The notes beneath the pieces were generated by a model, which did no database searches, was not told the origin of the DNA, and saw only the letters and a list, made by a program, of their open reading frames with translations. A program made the translations under genes and the position numbers. From a virus, in IMG/VR virus record IMGVR_UViG_3300031132_000332: a stretch of 64,000 nucleotides of DNA. The stretch is one strand, 5' to 3'. Below are positions 61,956-64,000 of the stretch, one piece after another; the first letter of the stretch is position 1, and every line of letters starts with the position of its first letter.

Positions 61956-64000
61956 TTAGAGTTCTTTCTGGCCTGTGCGCAGTTCACGAAGCATGCGCTC
62001 GTAACTGTATGACATCATTTCAGCATCATTATATGCACGGTGAGCACCAAGGTACGGAACGTTGTAACGTGCAGTGAACGATTCCAGCTTGTCATTAGGA
62101 ACATCATCAAGCAGACGGCGAGAAAGCTTCATGGTGTCCATGATGCGGACCTTCTTGTGCTTGACAGCATCAGCGAAACCAGGAACATGGGTGTTCATCC
62201 AACGAGTTTCAAAGGAAGCGTTATGAGCCTGCATGATGCCGACCTTCGTGAACAAGTCAAGAACGGCTGAGCCTTCCTTCTCGTTCAGGAACTGACGCTT
62301 CTTAGAAATCTGAGTTTCAGTAATACCGTGAACTTCCATGTTGCCTGTACCGCGAGCAAGAACAGCCTTTTTCGGAAGACCGTACAGTTTGCTGACCTTC
62401 TTGTTTTCAGTGTCATTACGAGTCAAGTCTGAATGACGGTAGTTGCTGCGAACAGACGCACCGAATTCAATAATGTAACCTGACTGAGGCTGTGAACCTG
62501 CTGTTTCAAGGTCAACACCAACATAATCAGGAAGCGTGTCCAGCTTAGCAGTCTCAGTGTAGAGGTTACGCAGGCGAGACTTCACGTAGTTCTTGTCAGA
62601 AGCCTGTTCCTTATCGAAACCACCAAGGAACTCACGCTCAACAGCCTGAGGCTTCACACCGCGCATGGTTGCAACTTCTGAGAAGATTTCCTGCTTCTCT
62701 TTGTTCTGCAAGGACGAGTTCAACGCACCCTGGGAGAAACCACGAGGGCGAACACGAGTAGCGAAAGTACCTGCACGACGGTCACTAAGTTCTTTGTCAA
62801 ATGCACGCATAGCTTCAAGGTTCTTCTCAGCCTCTTCCTTCAACTCAGGAGTCATCGTAAAGTGGTACTCACGGTATTCACGGTCATCAATGACAACAGC
62901 AACCATCCCACGGTCAAAGCCTGCTGCCTGAGCATACCAAAGAGTCTGAGCACGGTATGCAGGAGGAATAGCAGCAAGGCCGTCCTCAGGGTTGCCCCAC
63001 TTCTCAGCAACAGAAGCCGTTTTGATTTCAACAATACCGTTCGGCTTGCCCTGCTCATCAGTCATCAGACCGTCAAAGTTAGCGAACTGGAACTTATTGT
63101 CTTTGTGCTCCCATGAAGTCTTGCAGAATGTAATGTTCTTGTCAGGGTTGTTCTCACGGACCTGCAAGAAGATTCGCTTCTCCCATGCATTACCGCGACC
63201 AGCAGCACCTGAGAACTCATCGTTATTCAGAGCCTGCTCAGCAACCTGCTCATCGCTGATAGGTTCCAGCTTAGAAGCAATAATTTCATCGCGGGAGTTG
63301 TAAGCACCAGGTACACGCATGATAGAACCAACATCGGAACCACCAATACCCTTCTGGCGCTGTTCAAGCCATTCGCGGGTTCCTGACTCAAATGAGGCAG
63401 TCTTACGGAGGTCGTTGAGTTCTTCCTCATCATACTCACGCCATTCACCTGAGGCGCGAAGACGCTCTTCCTCAGCTTCGGCAAGGTGTGCAACAACAGG
63501 AGCAGCAACATCCTTGTACTCGTTAATCTGCTTGCGAAGAAGAGTAATCTCCTCATTCACATCAATCATAGCGAGTTCTTTCTGGCGAACATCCTCATAG
63601 TAGAACTCAGCATCGTTATTCCACTTGTTCTTGAGAACGTCACGGTCAGCCTTCAACTCTTCAAGAAGTTCAAGGTTCGCGTTACGCGCTTTGAGCAATG
63701 TCATGAAGTCATCACTGTTTACGCGGTCCTGAATGAACTGCTCCATAGCCTCAGCGTCACCAGAAGCGATGACATCAGCTGCCTGAGCCTTATCATCATC
63801 AAGAGTCGCAATGGCTTTCTGGTAGCCGTAGGAAGTCACAGGAACATACTCACGCTCCATCGCAGCCTGAACAGCAGCATTGGCAAGGTGACTTTCAATG
63901 CTTTCAGGGGTTGCGAGCTGAGAGTTGAGCAGCTCCTTATTCTTCAACTGGTGAAGCTTGGTCTCGGGGATGTCATTAAGGCGGCAGTTTTTTGCGCGGC
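61956..64000 (-). CDS. 5'-truncated fusion: coiled coil + YqaJ/lambda-exonuclease + DEDDh 3'-5' exonuclease
   Basis: WLEQRQKGIGGSD, FANFDG, VEIKT, YRAQTLWY; then VDLET, AHNASFE, DTMKL, HRAYND. The frame stays open to base 64000. Confidence 0.88.
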   Translation of the reverse strand, partial: RAKNCRLNDIPETKLHQLKNKELLNSQLATPESIESHLANAAVQAAMEREYVPVTSYGYQKAIATLDDDKAQAADVIASGDAEAMEQFIQDRVNSDDFMTLLKARNANLELLEELKADRDVLKNKWNNDAEFYYEDVRQKELAMIDVNEEITLLRKQINEYKDVAAPVVAHLAEAEEERLRASGEWREYDEEELNDLRKTASFESGTREWLEQRQKGIGGSDVGSIMRVPGAYNSRDEIIASKLEPISDEQVAEQALNNDEFSGAAGRGNAWEKRIFLQVRENNPDKNITFCKTSWEHKDNKFQFANFDGLMTDEQGKPNGIVEIKTASVAEKWGNPEDGLAAIPPAYRAQTLWYAQAAGFDRGMVAVVIDDREYREYHFTMTPELKEEAEKNLEAMRAFDKELSDRRAGTFATRVRPRGFSQGALNSSLQNKEKQEIFSEVATMRGVKPQAVEREFLGGFDKEQASDKNYVKSRLRNLYTETAKLDTLPDYVGVDLETAGSQPQSGYIIEFGASVRSNYRHSDLTRNDTENKKVSKLYGLPKKAVLARGTGNMEVHGITETQISKKRQFLNEKEGSAVLDLFTKVGIMQAHNASFETRWMNTHVPGFADAVKHKKVRIMDTMKLSRRLLDDVPNDKLESFTARYNVPYLGAHRAYNDAEMMSYSYERMLRELRTGQKEL

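Overview
This 64-kb window looks like an internal segment of a large, comparatively low-GC mobile replicon of Actinobacteria, most likely a large/jumbo phage, although a megaplasmid or phage-plasmid cannot be excluded. No ribosomal, tRNA or core housekeeping genes are visible, and no capsid, terminase or tail genes either. It carries phage-type replication, recombination and nucleotide genes: NAD-dependent LigA, class Ib nrdH-nrdI-nrdE plus a distant nrdF, thioredoxin, a deaminase, an SF2 helicase, a YqaJ-DEDDh exonuclease fusion, an rIIA-like GHKL ATPase, and a zinc-ribbon/Hef-like endonuclease. Accessory content includes an AT-rich Rhs toxin/immunity island (4.9-16.8 kb), a methyltransferase plus putative restriction nuclease, an ABC transporter, a vWA protein and FtsK-like ATPases. 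The most striking feature is a family of eight complete type-IV-pilin-like genes (plus a probable truncated ninth), five of them in tandem at 25.8-32.0 kb. They share a non-canonical leader (SSR[A/G]-AIDLASIM) and a Cys-pair pilin domain, and carry exchanged C-terminal adhesin-like modules (CBM-like, DUF285, Asp-box propeller). Three regulatory layers can be read from the DNA: (i) sigma28/FliA-WhiG-like promoters (NCCGATA[A/T/C/G]) before the pilins, the Rhs gene and envelope genes; (ii) sigmaA promoters, three of which carry the actinobacterial PafBC DNA-damage element TGTC[A/T]G-N10-TAnnnT (ligA, rIIA-like, a WYL-only gene), on an element that itself encodes HTH-less WYL proteins; (iii) tandem NrdR boxes before nrdH. 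All family assignments come from motif recognition by eye; no database searches were run.
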